Source: Asterionella formosa | Taxonomy: Eukaryota | Direction: 5' to 3' | Assembly: GCA_002256025.1 (NCBI GenBank) | Contig: NKIB01012388.1 | Location: forward strand, 1 to 64,000 | DNA: 64,000 nucleotides | Part shown: positions 10,891-21,762 of the stretch, one piece after another | Position numbering within the stretch: the first letter of the stretch is position 1 | How the letters are laid out: the number at the start of each line of letters is the position of its first letter | Notes under the pieces: model-generated | Seen by the model: only the letters and a program-made list of their open reading frames with translations | The model's database searches: none | What the model was told of the DNA's origin: nothing | Translations under genes and position numbers: made by a program

Positions 10891-11282
10891 CCTCAGTTTC
10901 GACTGTTCAGAAATAGTGAACATATTTATAAATATTGGAATAAAACGTACCATCCTGTAGAACTTATAAGATTTACTTGTGTCTTTTCTAAGGAAATCTC
11001 AACATTTTCCTGCCCCCCATCAGTAAAATCAGTCAAACTCAGTCACGGCAGGTAGCTACATTGGGGGGTCCAGCCAGGACACTGAAGTATACAGTCAGGT
11101 ATGCTAAATATTCTTAGTCCCAGATGAGTTGAGCTCATGGATGATATGTCTGCTATATAGTATGATGTTTTGGTTAGTAGTTATTGTTATTTTTTATTGT
11201 TATGTATAGGCTATGCAACATATATTACTAAAACACACAGTTCCATGTACATGGAATAGTTTTTCTGTACATTAAAAGAACA

Positions 11283-11352
11283 ACAGGTGGAGAATGCAGG
11301 AATCAAACCCGCCTCCCCATGAGTTTTGCTAACCACTAAGCCATTTCCCTCT
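11283..11352 (-). mobile_element. tRNA-derived SINE head, copy 2
   Basis: Minus strand reads agggaaatggcttagtggttagca...ggcgggtttgattcctgcattctccacctg, which matches the head at 57398-57466. No TSD found. Confidence 0.6.
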
Positions 11353-12061
11353 AGTGGCCTGTAAGGTAAAGCCATGCACAAAGACGTTGCGTTTTTGCCA
11401 GAGATTTTCAGAATATATATGAAGACTGCAAATGAGGGGACGGGTCCACTGGTTGGGAGAGGACGAACTAAAAAAAAGCACTGAGAGCAATAGAGGTGCC
11501 AGGAGAGCCCCCACTAGTTGATGGGAAGGTGGCTATCGGGGTAATGGTGCATGCCAAGAACCAATCTGGGTCTGTTGAACAAAGACAGAATGGACAGAAG
11601 TGGCTAGAGCATCTGTGGGGAGAGGAAGCAGGAGCGGCCATAGAATTGGACGCAAATCTCTACAGGAGTTGGTCATTTGAGAGAGGGGTGTTTAAGGTTG
11701 AAACTAAATGATGATTGATTCACATATGAGTGAAGATTGATTCATGTTCATGACTACACTCAAAAAGTCATGACTGGGCTGATTTTGAAGATACAAACAA
11801 GATTCATTTGACTTTTCAAAATCTGTAATCTCACCATCAAATTCAGTCTTGGCAGTGCACATTCCAGGGTCCAGGACACTGCATTAAACTGAATGGCATA
11901 CTAGTCCAGAATGATGCTGGCAAATGACCACAAATCATGTAGCCGACGTGCAACCTGCTATACTACCCACCCTGTATAAATGTACTTCAGTATGTACGTT
12001 TGTATTAGATGTCATGGTTTTATTCTACCGATGTACCCTAGTGGCAGGTACCCTGGTATCT

Positions 12062-12151
12062 GCAAGTTGCGGTCATTTTGCTTAAATAAACAATTTAATA
12101 TCAGATAAAGAGAGCTAAACTTTTAGTTTCATCACAATCACCGCAACTTGC
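12062..12151. mobile_element. 90-bp MITE with the same 11-bp TIRs, copy 2
   Basis: gcaagttgcggtcattttgc...ccgcaacttgc, the inverted homolog of 6249-6336. Confidence 0.75.
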
Positions 12152-12661
12152 TTGTACCGGTACCCTGGTACCTGGTACCAGCATGCACCGCTCTCCATAT
12201 ACCTGTACCTGGTACCTGGTACCTACCAGGCACAACGTAGTTCCAGCAACAAGATTCACTATCGATGACCACTTGGTACCAGGTACAGTACTATATTACC
12301 ATTGGTTAAGTTGCGGTAAATGCATGAGAACATCTGCTTGTTAAAATTTTTTGCAGCCCTGTTCCCCAAGAGTAACGAAGTAACTTCGACACAATTACCG
12401 TCTCGTCCGTTTTGTCTTTCTCCTTATGTAGTCTCTGTGTAGTAGCTTTGTGGGTACTTCGCTGTAATATCTAAAATCGACCCAGAAAATACTAGAATAG
12501 CGAGCCAGAAATACTAATTAGAAGTAGCATACATGGTTTTTGAATTCGGTGCTAAGTAAACGTGTCCCTTTCCCAAATCCGGGTTTAAAATGCGGATCCA
12601 ATCCCCGGGTTCTGCGGCAGTCGAGTTGCGCTTTGCCGATCCACTTTCTAGTCATGACGAA

Positions 12662-13811
12662 TTATGTTAGATGAGCCGTGGCATGCATGTCTCGCCCTGC
12701 CATTGTTGATCGAGATGTGAATGCTATTGTATTTGCCGGTGGATGAAAAAATGTCGTTGTCATGATCATCTTTTGGCTAACTGACTTCGTAAATTCCGCC
12801 ACTTGCTTACGGATGTAAATTAGAAATGCGTCCGATTTCCAGCGACCAATTAGCATGACCATGTAGTTTGGCACTCCTGATAGAATCATCGCCATTGCTG
12901 CAGCGCTGCGTATGGAGGAGTGTAGTCCTATGTCAAGTGGATCATGTCCTAGTTGATCACTTCCAAGTGCCGTCGCAAGTTTTCGAACGCGTTTGATGGC
13001 GGTCTCGGATTTTAGTGTGTATGGGTGGTTCCCGGACTGGTAGGTGTTTATTGTGGAATCAGCGGTTTGTCAAGGGATGGCGAGGATGCGATTGACAATA
13101 CAAGCGCCTTGACGGACAGGACACATGATTGGGTTTGTAGTAGAACTCAGTGTGATCATTTCGTCCTTCTCCCCATTCTTCTGGTCGCGAAATGTGATGC
13201 AGATGATGTCGGCAAGATGGTTTGTCGCGCGATTTTGTGTGATATCTTTGCACTCCTGAAAGAAACGAATGTCTTGGATGCGTAGCAGTTTGGTTCGTCG
13301 TTCACTGTGGATGGTCAAGTAGTATTCACAGGAGCGCATCGCAAAGAAAATGCTAAAATAATGAGTGGGCCCATGCAAGTTTCAACCGGTGTCGCCTGTT
13401 GAAAATATAATAATAAATTAAATTCGATTGTAAACGCTCGTTGATGTTTAACAGCTGGATCGGTATGTCGATAAGCGGAGAACTGTAGGCATAGAATTCG
13501 GTGAGTCTTGCCATGTATGTTTGTTGCAGGGTCAGGTCTGTCATTCTCCACCACAAAGGTCGCCGATAGAGATGCGATGGTGTCACGGACTGTCTCTGAT
13601 GCCAGAGGAGTGTCTCGATGTTTACTGAACTCGGCCTGCCGGACGGCATGCGCAAACGCTCCGATGAGTCGAGTGTGTTGTTCTGGGGAGAGGTTGGCGA
13701 GGAATGGATCGGTGACATCACAAAATCCAATGGACGCAAGGAATTCGGTCAAAATTCGGAAGACGCGGTTGAGTTTCGCTGTGGTGTTAGCTTGAAGTCC
13801 TTGGGACTTCT
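12662..13811 (-). pseudogene. Tyrosine recombinase of the DIRS/Ngaro-like element (frameshifts, stop)
   Basis: Catalytic motifs spread over several frames: FFAMRSCEY, ITFRDQKNG, CPVR, GLHSSIRSAAAMAM, LIGRWKSDAFLIYIRKQ. The N-terminal part (FLASIG..DPFL) is cut at ~13811 by an insertion. Confidence 0.9.
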
Positions 13812-15490
13812 GTAAATAAAAAATATCATGAAAATATGATCAAGGGTATTGTACGCTAAGTCGCACAGGATTTTCACATATATGATAGTTTTTCGATCAA
13901 AAATATGGTCAATGTATCATGTAATTATGATCGTGCAGTAAACTTTTACCGAGCTTGAAGTATGATGAGACTATCATAGCTAGTTATAATACCATTGCAT
14001 CATAAAATTAGTTAAACATGGTCATATGATGTGTATACTTTTGTCATACATCTATCTTAGCATGATTGTAATTCTCATCGATATCACTGTCTAACATAGG
14101 ATGAAATTGATCGAAATTTAGAACTATATTTAGCTAAGAATGGTTCTATGATTCTATATCTTAAGTGGCTACAGAATGTTCTACAATGGTCTCATCGCAA
14201 TGATTGTTGGTGCCGCTTTTACTTCCACCTTCCCCCCAATCCAATTCTGAAGGTTGTTGTACTGGTTGCCTTGCCGTTGTTCCCCTGCTTTGTTCCATTT
14301 ACTCCTGACGGATCTGAGTTTGCATTCACGCATTTTCCTATTACTATTGAATCCGTTTCGTTGTTCCAATCAGCCATACTAACAAAGAGAAGCAATTCAT
14401 TGTTAGCTGTTCATGTTTTGCTTACACAACAACATGCGGCATTTCGCTTCTATCTTCACTTACCAAAAATTGAGGAAGTAACTGATGCATATTTCTGTAA
14501 AATAATGTGCGTGTCAGTTGAACATTGAATGAGAAGCAAAGTATCGATCAATAAATGGGCTCCAACACTGCTCTTTGGAACTTACAAATACTGTTTGTCT
14601 ACCATTATCCTGAAAGAAGCAACACATATGTGTCAGTTTCTCTAACAGTTGTGGATTGATCCAAAGATGGCTGATAGGCAGCACTTACCGATTTCTTTTG
14701 TCCACATTGATGGTTGGCCAGCCACCAAATCGAAAAGGAGCTATTGAATCACTGAAAGGGGCGGGACAAGTCATTCCGTATTTGTAATCCCAGCAATTGA
14801 TCATCTTGGCATTTGCTCTTGACAAACCGTGATGCTATGCACAGCTTGTTGATTCCGCCCTTGTCCGTCATATTCACTCATTCTTAGCCGTATGGTGTAT
14901 CATCGTGCTGTATTGTCACTTCAGTTTTTCGCATCATGTGATGCTTGAGATCCTTCATTTGAGGAAGTGGATGCAGCATGACAAGGAACATGAAAGGCAT
15001 GTGCTCTTGACTTACCATCAATTGATTCCGCCCTTCTCTTCTAAGCCGCAAGGATCGCTCATTGTGCTATATTATCACTTTCGTTTTCCGTGTCATCATC
15101 TGTGTTAATCCTTCAATTCAGGTGCAAAGTGTATGCATGACAAGGAACCACATGAAAACATGATTTCAAATGTTTCAGCCATGAATACATATATATAAAG
15201 ATTTGTAAGAAGTTTAAATGTATACATAGTTGAACATTTGCATAGCTTTAAACCGCTCATTATACAGCACATCCTGTGCATACTAATATCAATTTTGATT
15301 ACACATAATTCAAATATATACAATGCATGATGAGTTCATAGTTTTCCAAGACCTGTTGAAGTTTTTCAATTTGTTTTGTGTCAATTCTTGTACTGTACCT
15401 ACAAGTCAGTGGCTGATTTAATTAAGCCCCTTAATAAACGGGAGTCATCACCAATTTTTCAAATGGTCGAAATCATACATTTATGTACAT
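13810..15490. mobile_element. GATC-rich non-autonomous TIR element (family B), copy 1, inserted into the DIRS-like element
   Basis: Left end ctgtaaataaaaaatatcat...atcaagggtattgtacgctaagt matches 61112 onward. 14605-15485 is highly similar to 38960-39828. Confidence 0.75.
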
Positions 15491-15831
15491 AGACATATTG
15501 ACCAAAATTCATATGGCCTACCGGTAGTAGTACTGTATACTTGCTGGGAATTATTTCTATCATGGGAGTACCACAATAGTGCAGCTGAAAACTGAATATG
15601 CTCATGTGTTTAGGATCATTTGATCATATTACTAAGATCAATTAATCCTGATTCCTCAAAATAAATTTTGATCTTTCATTGTCTCATCAACGACACCATT
15701 TATCATAGGATCAATATGTTATGATCAAAAGTATAGGATGAACAAATCAAATTTTATTGATTAAAGATCATAGTTTATACCGGAGTAGTTGCTCATGCAT
15801 GCAACCCCTTCCCCCCCCCCCCTGTATACAG

Positions 15832-16075
15832 TACGGAAGTGATAACCCCCAAGCTACCAAATTTTTATGTCTTGTAAGAATTATCGCAGCATGCATGCAT
15901 ATATACATGACTCCTACTGGTAAATAGAATGCGGAAATGATGACCACCAGACTACCAATCCTAAAGGTTGTGTAGAATTATCGCAACATGGCTGCATATC
16001 TAATGAAAGGGCGGGAGGAGTCATCCATGCTGCACCCGTATAGTATGAAATATGGAAATGATCAGATATAGCTAG
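15832..16075. repeat. Degenerate ~100-bp tandem repeat (2-2.5 units)
   Basis: Recurring cggaa(g/a)tgat...ctaccaa...agaattatcgca.catg..tgcatat. Confidence 0.55.
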
Positions 16076-16589
16076 TCTACACAAGGAGCAGTGCATCATC
16101 TATGCCCTGTTATTTTAATTCCTATGAAATCTCTTGATCTGTTCTGCGCTTTTTCGCCACAATTGTTTTCATTGGCTGGCTGTTTCACTGGACAGCATTC
16201 GAATTGATTGTGCTTTGAACCAAGCAATGATCAAAGTCCACCCAATTGCAGAACAATGGTGAGTCTCACAACTAAGTACTGGAGTGTAGCAGATGTGTGG
16301 GTGCCGGGTACAGTGGTAGGTGCGGTGGTAGTGGTGGTAATGCCGTTATCCTGATACAACGTGCTGAGTCCGTATTCTGATCTCATATACGTGCGAAAAA
16401 CTTCGTGTGTGATGTGGTTAATAATTTTGAGATATCGGATGGACGAATCTTTCCCGGCTCGGTGATGGTAAGTTTTGGAATTGTCGTTATCTCGATCTTG
16501 TGCGCTACTATTGACGATGAACCGCGATAGACTGTTAAATGCCTCATTTCTGAATGCGTTACAGGGACTACCCACGTGTGCCCTAGTCA

Positions 16590-18693
16590 ATTCGATGTGT
16601 TCGAACTGCGTGGTGTGGTCGATGTCACATCGCAAATGGCCTTGGTGAAAAATGTTGCAAATGCCTTTTTGTTGTCGCCTGTTTACTGAACGTGTGCGTC
16701 TTTTCTATAACCCTAACCCTAACAGTTGTCTATGCAGATCCCTGATATCTGCCAACGGCAACAATTTGTTGCCCCATTCACTCTGGGTGCCTTTCGCAGA
16801 ACTGAGGGCGGAAAAGCGTCGCGATAGAAGATGACTGTTGGAAGTCGAAAAAGGATGTCGGCTCGCGGGTTGGTAATTGCTCTGCCTCGGATGAAATTTG
16901 TTGTGTTTTGTTGGTGGTTGTTTTCCTGCTGTTGATTTATGTTTCCTTGTTGCTGGTGTCTGCGATTGTTATCGTCGAATTGGTCGTCCTGAGTATGTTT
17001 GGAAAGTAGAAAAAGTGCGGCAACCCATGGATGAAGTGGTGAGGTCATGGGGTTTCCGACAGTGACGATCTGGCGTTGTTGTTGCCAGAAATCGATGAGT
17101 TGAAAATCCATTTCTTGGACTGATTTTGCATATCTCGAGTTGCTCCAGGACGCCTGTATCATGTTGTCCATGATTGTAAGTTGGTGCGTGAAAAAGCGAA
17201 AATCGAGATAGGAGCAATGCCGATAGGTGGCGCGATTTGCCTCGATATGGGTTAGCCACGTGCACAACTGGTCAGCAGTGAAGCAATTTCCTAGAATGAA
17301 AAGGACAATTGCGATCATATTCTTAATGGTTGTTTCAAAATCTGCAACCGTCTTTGCAACTATCAACAGTTTCTTGTCACTCAAAAGTTTCATGATCTGA
17401 TTGTAGCGGTCGCTGTCTCCTGCTGCATCAATGGTGGCATTAGATATGATCTCTATATCTGACAGAGACACCAGCATGTTATTCGACTCCGATAGCAGTT
17501 TGAAAAGGCTGATGCAAAAAGGTCCTTCGGTCGGGTCGTAGTTAAACTGTAATTGGCTAATGCACAGAGTTGTAAATGGATCTAAACGTACTAGATCTTG
17601 ACATTTTAGAATGGATTGTAGATACTCTGCCATAAATTGCTGTGCTGCGGATGTATTCGAGCTGAGCGAGAGGAATGTAGCAAGGGATTGAATGGGCTCC
17701 GTAATGATGTCGTCATCATGAGCTGACATTAAACGAAGGATCTGATCTTGGAGGAATTTAGGTTGTTTTTCCCAGGCCCTAAAAGAAGATGGATTGTTAG
17801 AAGACCTGGCTTCCACTAACCTGTCTGTGTTTGCAAATAGGTTCGAAGCAGCGCTCACTAGTGCTGCGGCTACCTGCGCCATACTTTATGTCAGTTTTTG
17901 TGAGTGTGATCTGCGCGCCGTCCGTCTGTCGAATCTTGGGCGAGTTGATGTGTATGAGATGTAGCGTGGCACTCCAATCCATTATTTCATGCGTCGTCGC
18001 ATAAGAGATGGGAAGGGAGATTTGGTTTGGTACCATCTTTGCGGTGTATAGGAAGCTCAAAAAATACTCTGCAGATGCGTACACTTGTTTGCGGATCGCT
18101 GCCTTCTCGTCGTCGGTTTGGGTGGTGCTAAGATTTGCCTGGTTTTCCGCGAATGTTTTGGCTGCAAGTCGAGCGAGGAAAAAGAGTTCAGCTGGGTCAT
18201 CGGTGGAACTGGAGGTGAGGACGTTGAACAGGAAAGGTGGGACTTGGACAAGATGGTTGATGTCAGTGTTCATCACGGTAGTCACCGTGAGGTGCAAGGT
18301 GCTGAGTTGTTCCGGAGTGGTGCTGGCATGGTCATGTAAGGCGTTGTAGTTGGGAATGGTGGTCGTGATGGCTGCAAAAGCGTGTCTGGCTTCGAAAACC
18401 ACTGGTTGGGCGATGGATCCCAATCCAAGGAGGGCTACATAGGCCGGCGCCAAATAACCCCAATTGTTGCCTGGTGTGAGGACGCTAAGATTGTGGTAAA
18501 AATGGACTTTATGGTCAAGCGGGCCAATCATGGCATGGAATTTAGAGAGGGTGTTAGTGAGGAGGGTTTGACGGGTTTCTGGTGTGGTTGCGTGCTCAAG
18601 TGAGGTTGCAAAGTGGTGAAACTCGGTCAATAGATTGTTTCAAGTGGCGAGAGTATCCGTAAAATAGTTCTTCCAGGTGTTTGCGAGAATCAT
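16590..18693 (-). pseudogene. Gag-like ORF of the DIRS/Ngaro-like element with a C-terminal CCCH zinc finger
   Basis: ATG at 18693 (MILANTWKNYF), in-frame TGA, frameshift near 17885, a Q/N-rich linker, then CRWQISGICIDNC(YRKDAH) interrupted by a 12-bp insertion. Confidence 0.7.
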
Positions 18694-19462
18694 GTTGTTG
18701 CTAGAGATGTTGTTTATTGATTTTAGACTATAAATTGCGAAAGGCTTGGCAATGCTTTGGACTGCTTCTCTGAATCGTTATTCAAAGAATTGTGTGCTTC
18801 ACCCTTGCACTAATTCACTTGTTTAACCTCGCGTGGTTGCTCTTGTCTTCCCTTGTCTTAGCTGCTGACTCTTGGTTGTTCGATTCAACTCAAAAAGCTA
18901 GAACTTAATAGTCACGTTGTCGCTATATTAATATCTCAGCTTCGATTCCTTCGGTTCGCGTCGCGTGGTTTGTATCATCCGGTGTTCGCCTGATATACTA
19001 ACTCCACCGCGTCCGTCCTTGTCCGTAATATCAAGAACCGTCCCATAAAAAATGCAACTTCCACGATTACCGTTTATGTCGTACATGAGAACAATTAACC
19101 TCTGGGAAATGTCTGTTTTGTGTCGCACAGTTCGTCGGGTACTATGTAAGTGTGCGTGTCTAGTAAGTACCAGATACCAAGTGAGCTACCAGGAACTATG
19201 GAAGGTCCGGGAATGAGCACATAGGTAGGGGAATCTTCCTACATTATAGTACAAACCGTGTTAGAACGGACCTTCAGCAGCGTCATATATATCGATCAAA
19301 AGGGAACACTATGTGTAGTCCAGCGACGCTCATTCCGTATAGTACAATTTGTTTCTCATTTTCGTCAATATATCCTTCACACTTTGATTTTATACCTAAA
19401 AACCAAAATATATAAAATCATGTGCTGCGGCGAGTCACAACGACAGTTGCAAGGAGAGAAAT

Positions 19463-21481
19463 ATGGAAGGCGAACCTTCCTTCATCAACAGTTCTGTGAT
19501 CGTTGACGAATGTGACAAGTGGACCTCGTTTGTGTCCGTCGAAGTCCCCAACTTGCGCAGAAATGAAGGCCGTGGTGGTTCGAGCACGGGGTCATTCTCT
19601 CGAAGGTCGCCGGACAACGATGATGGTACTTTGATGAAGCATGCGAATACTACTCTCTGTGGTCATATCAGTAACATGCCTCAATATGACCTTTCAGATG
19701 CCGCAAGCACCAATGAGGATACAGAAAGCGTCGCGGAAAGTGTGTACACTGTTAAGGCTAAGAATGGAGTACATCGATATGTGTACGGCAATGTCGACGA
19801 TTTACCACGACGAAGGCAGACCAGGAGATCATCTTGGCACGCGTCCTCGCCAACAGTGGCAGCTATGGACGACGATGAAAGCTCAATAAAGAAAAACAAG
19901 AAAAAGAAAAAGAAACTAACTAAATCAAGAAAGGTGGAACTTTGCGAGGGCCAATCATCAGGTCAGGACATGACTGAAGATTTTCCCTTTTTAAATGATT
20001 TTTCCGAATTGGATACGCTCCCAAGGTCAAGTGTGCGAATCACAAAGCCCTCCAATTTGAAATCTTCAAACAAGACCAGCAAACAATCAAACGATAACGC
20101 CTTGATTGTTGATTTGTTCAAAGATCCCAATGACTTGGTCTCGGGCAATGAAGTTAATGATATGATTGAAAAAGCAGAGGAAGTGGATCGAAGAAAGGTG
20201 CCGATGATGAAGCACAAACAACAAAACGTTCAGGCTCCCTCCAGGATGATGCGGAGATCTTCTTGGTCTGGTACCGGATATCTGGTTCCCTCGTCGACCT
20301 CGGTTGGAGTTACTTCCCTAGCACCTGCAGAACACGTAATGTTTTCCCCTTACCACCATTCTGCATCTTTTTCTGAAACGGACAATGCCGCTGAAAAAGA
20401 TTTCAAGACTGAGAGTGACTGTACTGATTTTGTTCCTCCACCTCCATCATTTGGACGCCTTTCTAGTTGGACTGTTGTTACAGAGACAAATTATGAAGCT
20501 TTGAATAAATTGAATGAGTTAGATACAATTCGCATCAAATACGAAAAGGATAATCCTACAGGGCAACGCGATGTTGAAACGAGCCGAACTTGTTCTCTAA
20601 CACCATCATTGTTTGATACAGTGAAAGGCGACTCTCTTGTACTCGATGTCAACGGAAGTCGAAACACATTGTTTCATACAAACGTTGTTTACGAAAAGCG
20701 AAAGGCACCTGGTCGAAGACAGCCCAGAAGGTCGTCCTGGCATTCGTCATCAGATCCATATGTTTCGGCGAACAAGTCACCATTATGTCATGTGATGCCA
20801 CTGAATAAATCAAGATCGAATCTTTCCGTATTTGCCATACGCCCAAAAATTAACCACAACTTTGCCGAAGAATCGGTCGGTCCAAATGATGTCGTTACAA
20901 CCCGAGCTGATAGAAAATCATTATTGGTATCAGCATCCGCTGATGGAGACAATGGATTTTTGGACGATTTGAACGTTTCCAACCAAATTGGCGGCACTGC
21001 AGACTCCACCGACGTGCAAGTAATAGTCGATCGAACAAGCGGTTTCTTTGGAAGGCGCCAGCATCGATCGATAAGTGGTGGTTGCAGTAATGAATTGAAA
21101 GCCAAGCCCGATGATGATACTAGCAAAGGGCATTGTCGGTTGTCGCAACCCATTAGCATTACACTGGAAGTTCCTTCGAGTCGTGACTCTAAGGAAGAAG
21201 GGAAGGGCATTTTTCGAGCCTTTCGGCGCTCTAGCATGGGCAGTGAACGAACACTGATGCTTGCTCGGGTTCCCCATGTTGCACGTAAGGCTCCTAGCAG
21301 ATCACCGCCGAGGAGGGAAACAGATTTTCTACCAATGGTTGTATCCAGGCATGACATGCCGAGGATTGATAGTGCAGGCCAGTTCTGCAGGGAAGATGGG
21401 GGAGGAGTAGATTGTATCCAACTGACCGACTTGGGAGGAGTGACAACTGTGACTTATGCCCATGCTACCGTAGAACCATAG
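19463..21481 (+). CDS. Uncharacterised 672-aa Ser/Arg/Asp-rich, probably disordered protein with repeated RRSSW motifs and a Lys-rich NLS-like stretch
   Basis: Long uninterrupted ATG-initiated ORF with no recognisable domain. Confidence 0.75.
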   Translation: MEGEPSFINSSVIVDECDKWTSFVSVEVPNLRRNEGRGGSSTGSFSRRSPDNDDGTLMKHANTTLCGHISNMPQYDLSDAASTNEDTESVAESVYTVKAKNGVHRYVYGNVDDLPRRRQTRRSSWHASSPTVAAMDDDESSIKKNKKKKKKLTKSRKVELCEGQSSGQDMTEDFPFLNDFSELDTLPRSSVRITKPSNLKSSNKTSKQSNDNALIVDLFKDPNDLVSGNEVNDMIEKAEEVDRRKVPMMKHKQQNVQAPSRMMRRSSWSGTGYLVPSSTSVGVTSLAPAEHVMFSPYHHSASFSETDNAAEKDFKTESDCTDFVPPPPSFGRLSSWTVVTETNYEALNKLNELDTIRIKYEKDNPTGQRDVETSRTCSLTPSLFDTVKGDSLVLDVNGSRNTLFHTNVVYEKRKAPGRRQPRRSSWHSSSDPYVSANKSPLCHVMPLNKSRSNLSVFAIRPKINHNFAEESVGPNDVVTTRADRKSLLVSASADGDNGFLDDLNVSNQIGGTADSTDVQVIVDRTSGFFGRRQHRSISGGCSNELKAKPDDDTSKGHCRLSQPISITLEVPSSRDSKEEGKGIFRAFRRSSMGSERTLMLARVPHVARKAPSRSPPRRETDFLPMVVSRHDMPRIDSAGQFCREDGGGVDCIQLTDLGGVTTVTYAHATVEP

Positions 21482-21539
21482 AATAATGCAGTCGTGTACA
21501 ACTGTGTGGAAGGAGCTGAGAAAACAATTTAAATCTCAA

Positions 21540-21693
21540 AATAGGTTGTTGTTACATTTAAGTGAGCGCAAATACAGGTATAAACATAGTGAATAATTTT
21601 TTCAGAAAAACCAAAATATAATAGATTGCCATTTAAGTTAGCGCAGATACAGGTATATAAATACTAATGAATGATTTCATCCTAATAGATTCC
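21540..21693. repeat. ~75-bp tandem duplication between convergent 3' ends
   Basis: catttaagt(g/t)agcgca(a/g)atacaggtata occurs at ~21555 and ~21630. Confidence 0.7.
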
Positions 21694-21762
21694 TTGTTCG
21701 AGACGCAAAATCAAGCATAATTTGTCCTTTGATCGTCGAGGACAAGTAAAAACCACGGCAGC

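Larger units (their letters stand above)
12320..19095 (-). mobile_element. Degenerate tyrosine-recombinase retrotransposon (DIRS/Ngaro-like), internally deleted and interrupted
   Basis: Gag-like ORF with a CCCH finger followed on the same strand by a tyrosine recombinase. RT/RNase H is not recognisable and other repeats occupy its place. Boundaries are approximate. Confidence 0.75.

Noticed and set aside
12662..13811. Phage integrase or prophage
   Set aside because: The motifs and the upstream Gag-like ORF fit eukaryotic YR retrotransposons, and no phage genes are present.
16200..16270. CSAIGW string as an RNase H remnant of the DIRS-like pol
   Set aside because: It is a single short motif with no supporting flanking similarity.
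18640..18645. In-frame TGA in gag (and the TAA in the mariner at ~38182) as programmed readthrough or selenocysteine
   Set aside because: The same elements carry several other frameshifts and stops, so ordinary decay is the simpler explanation.
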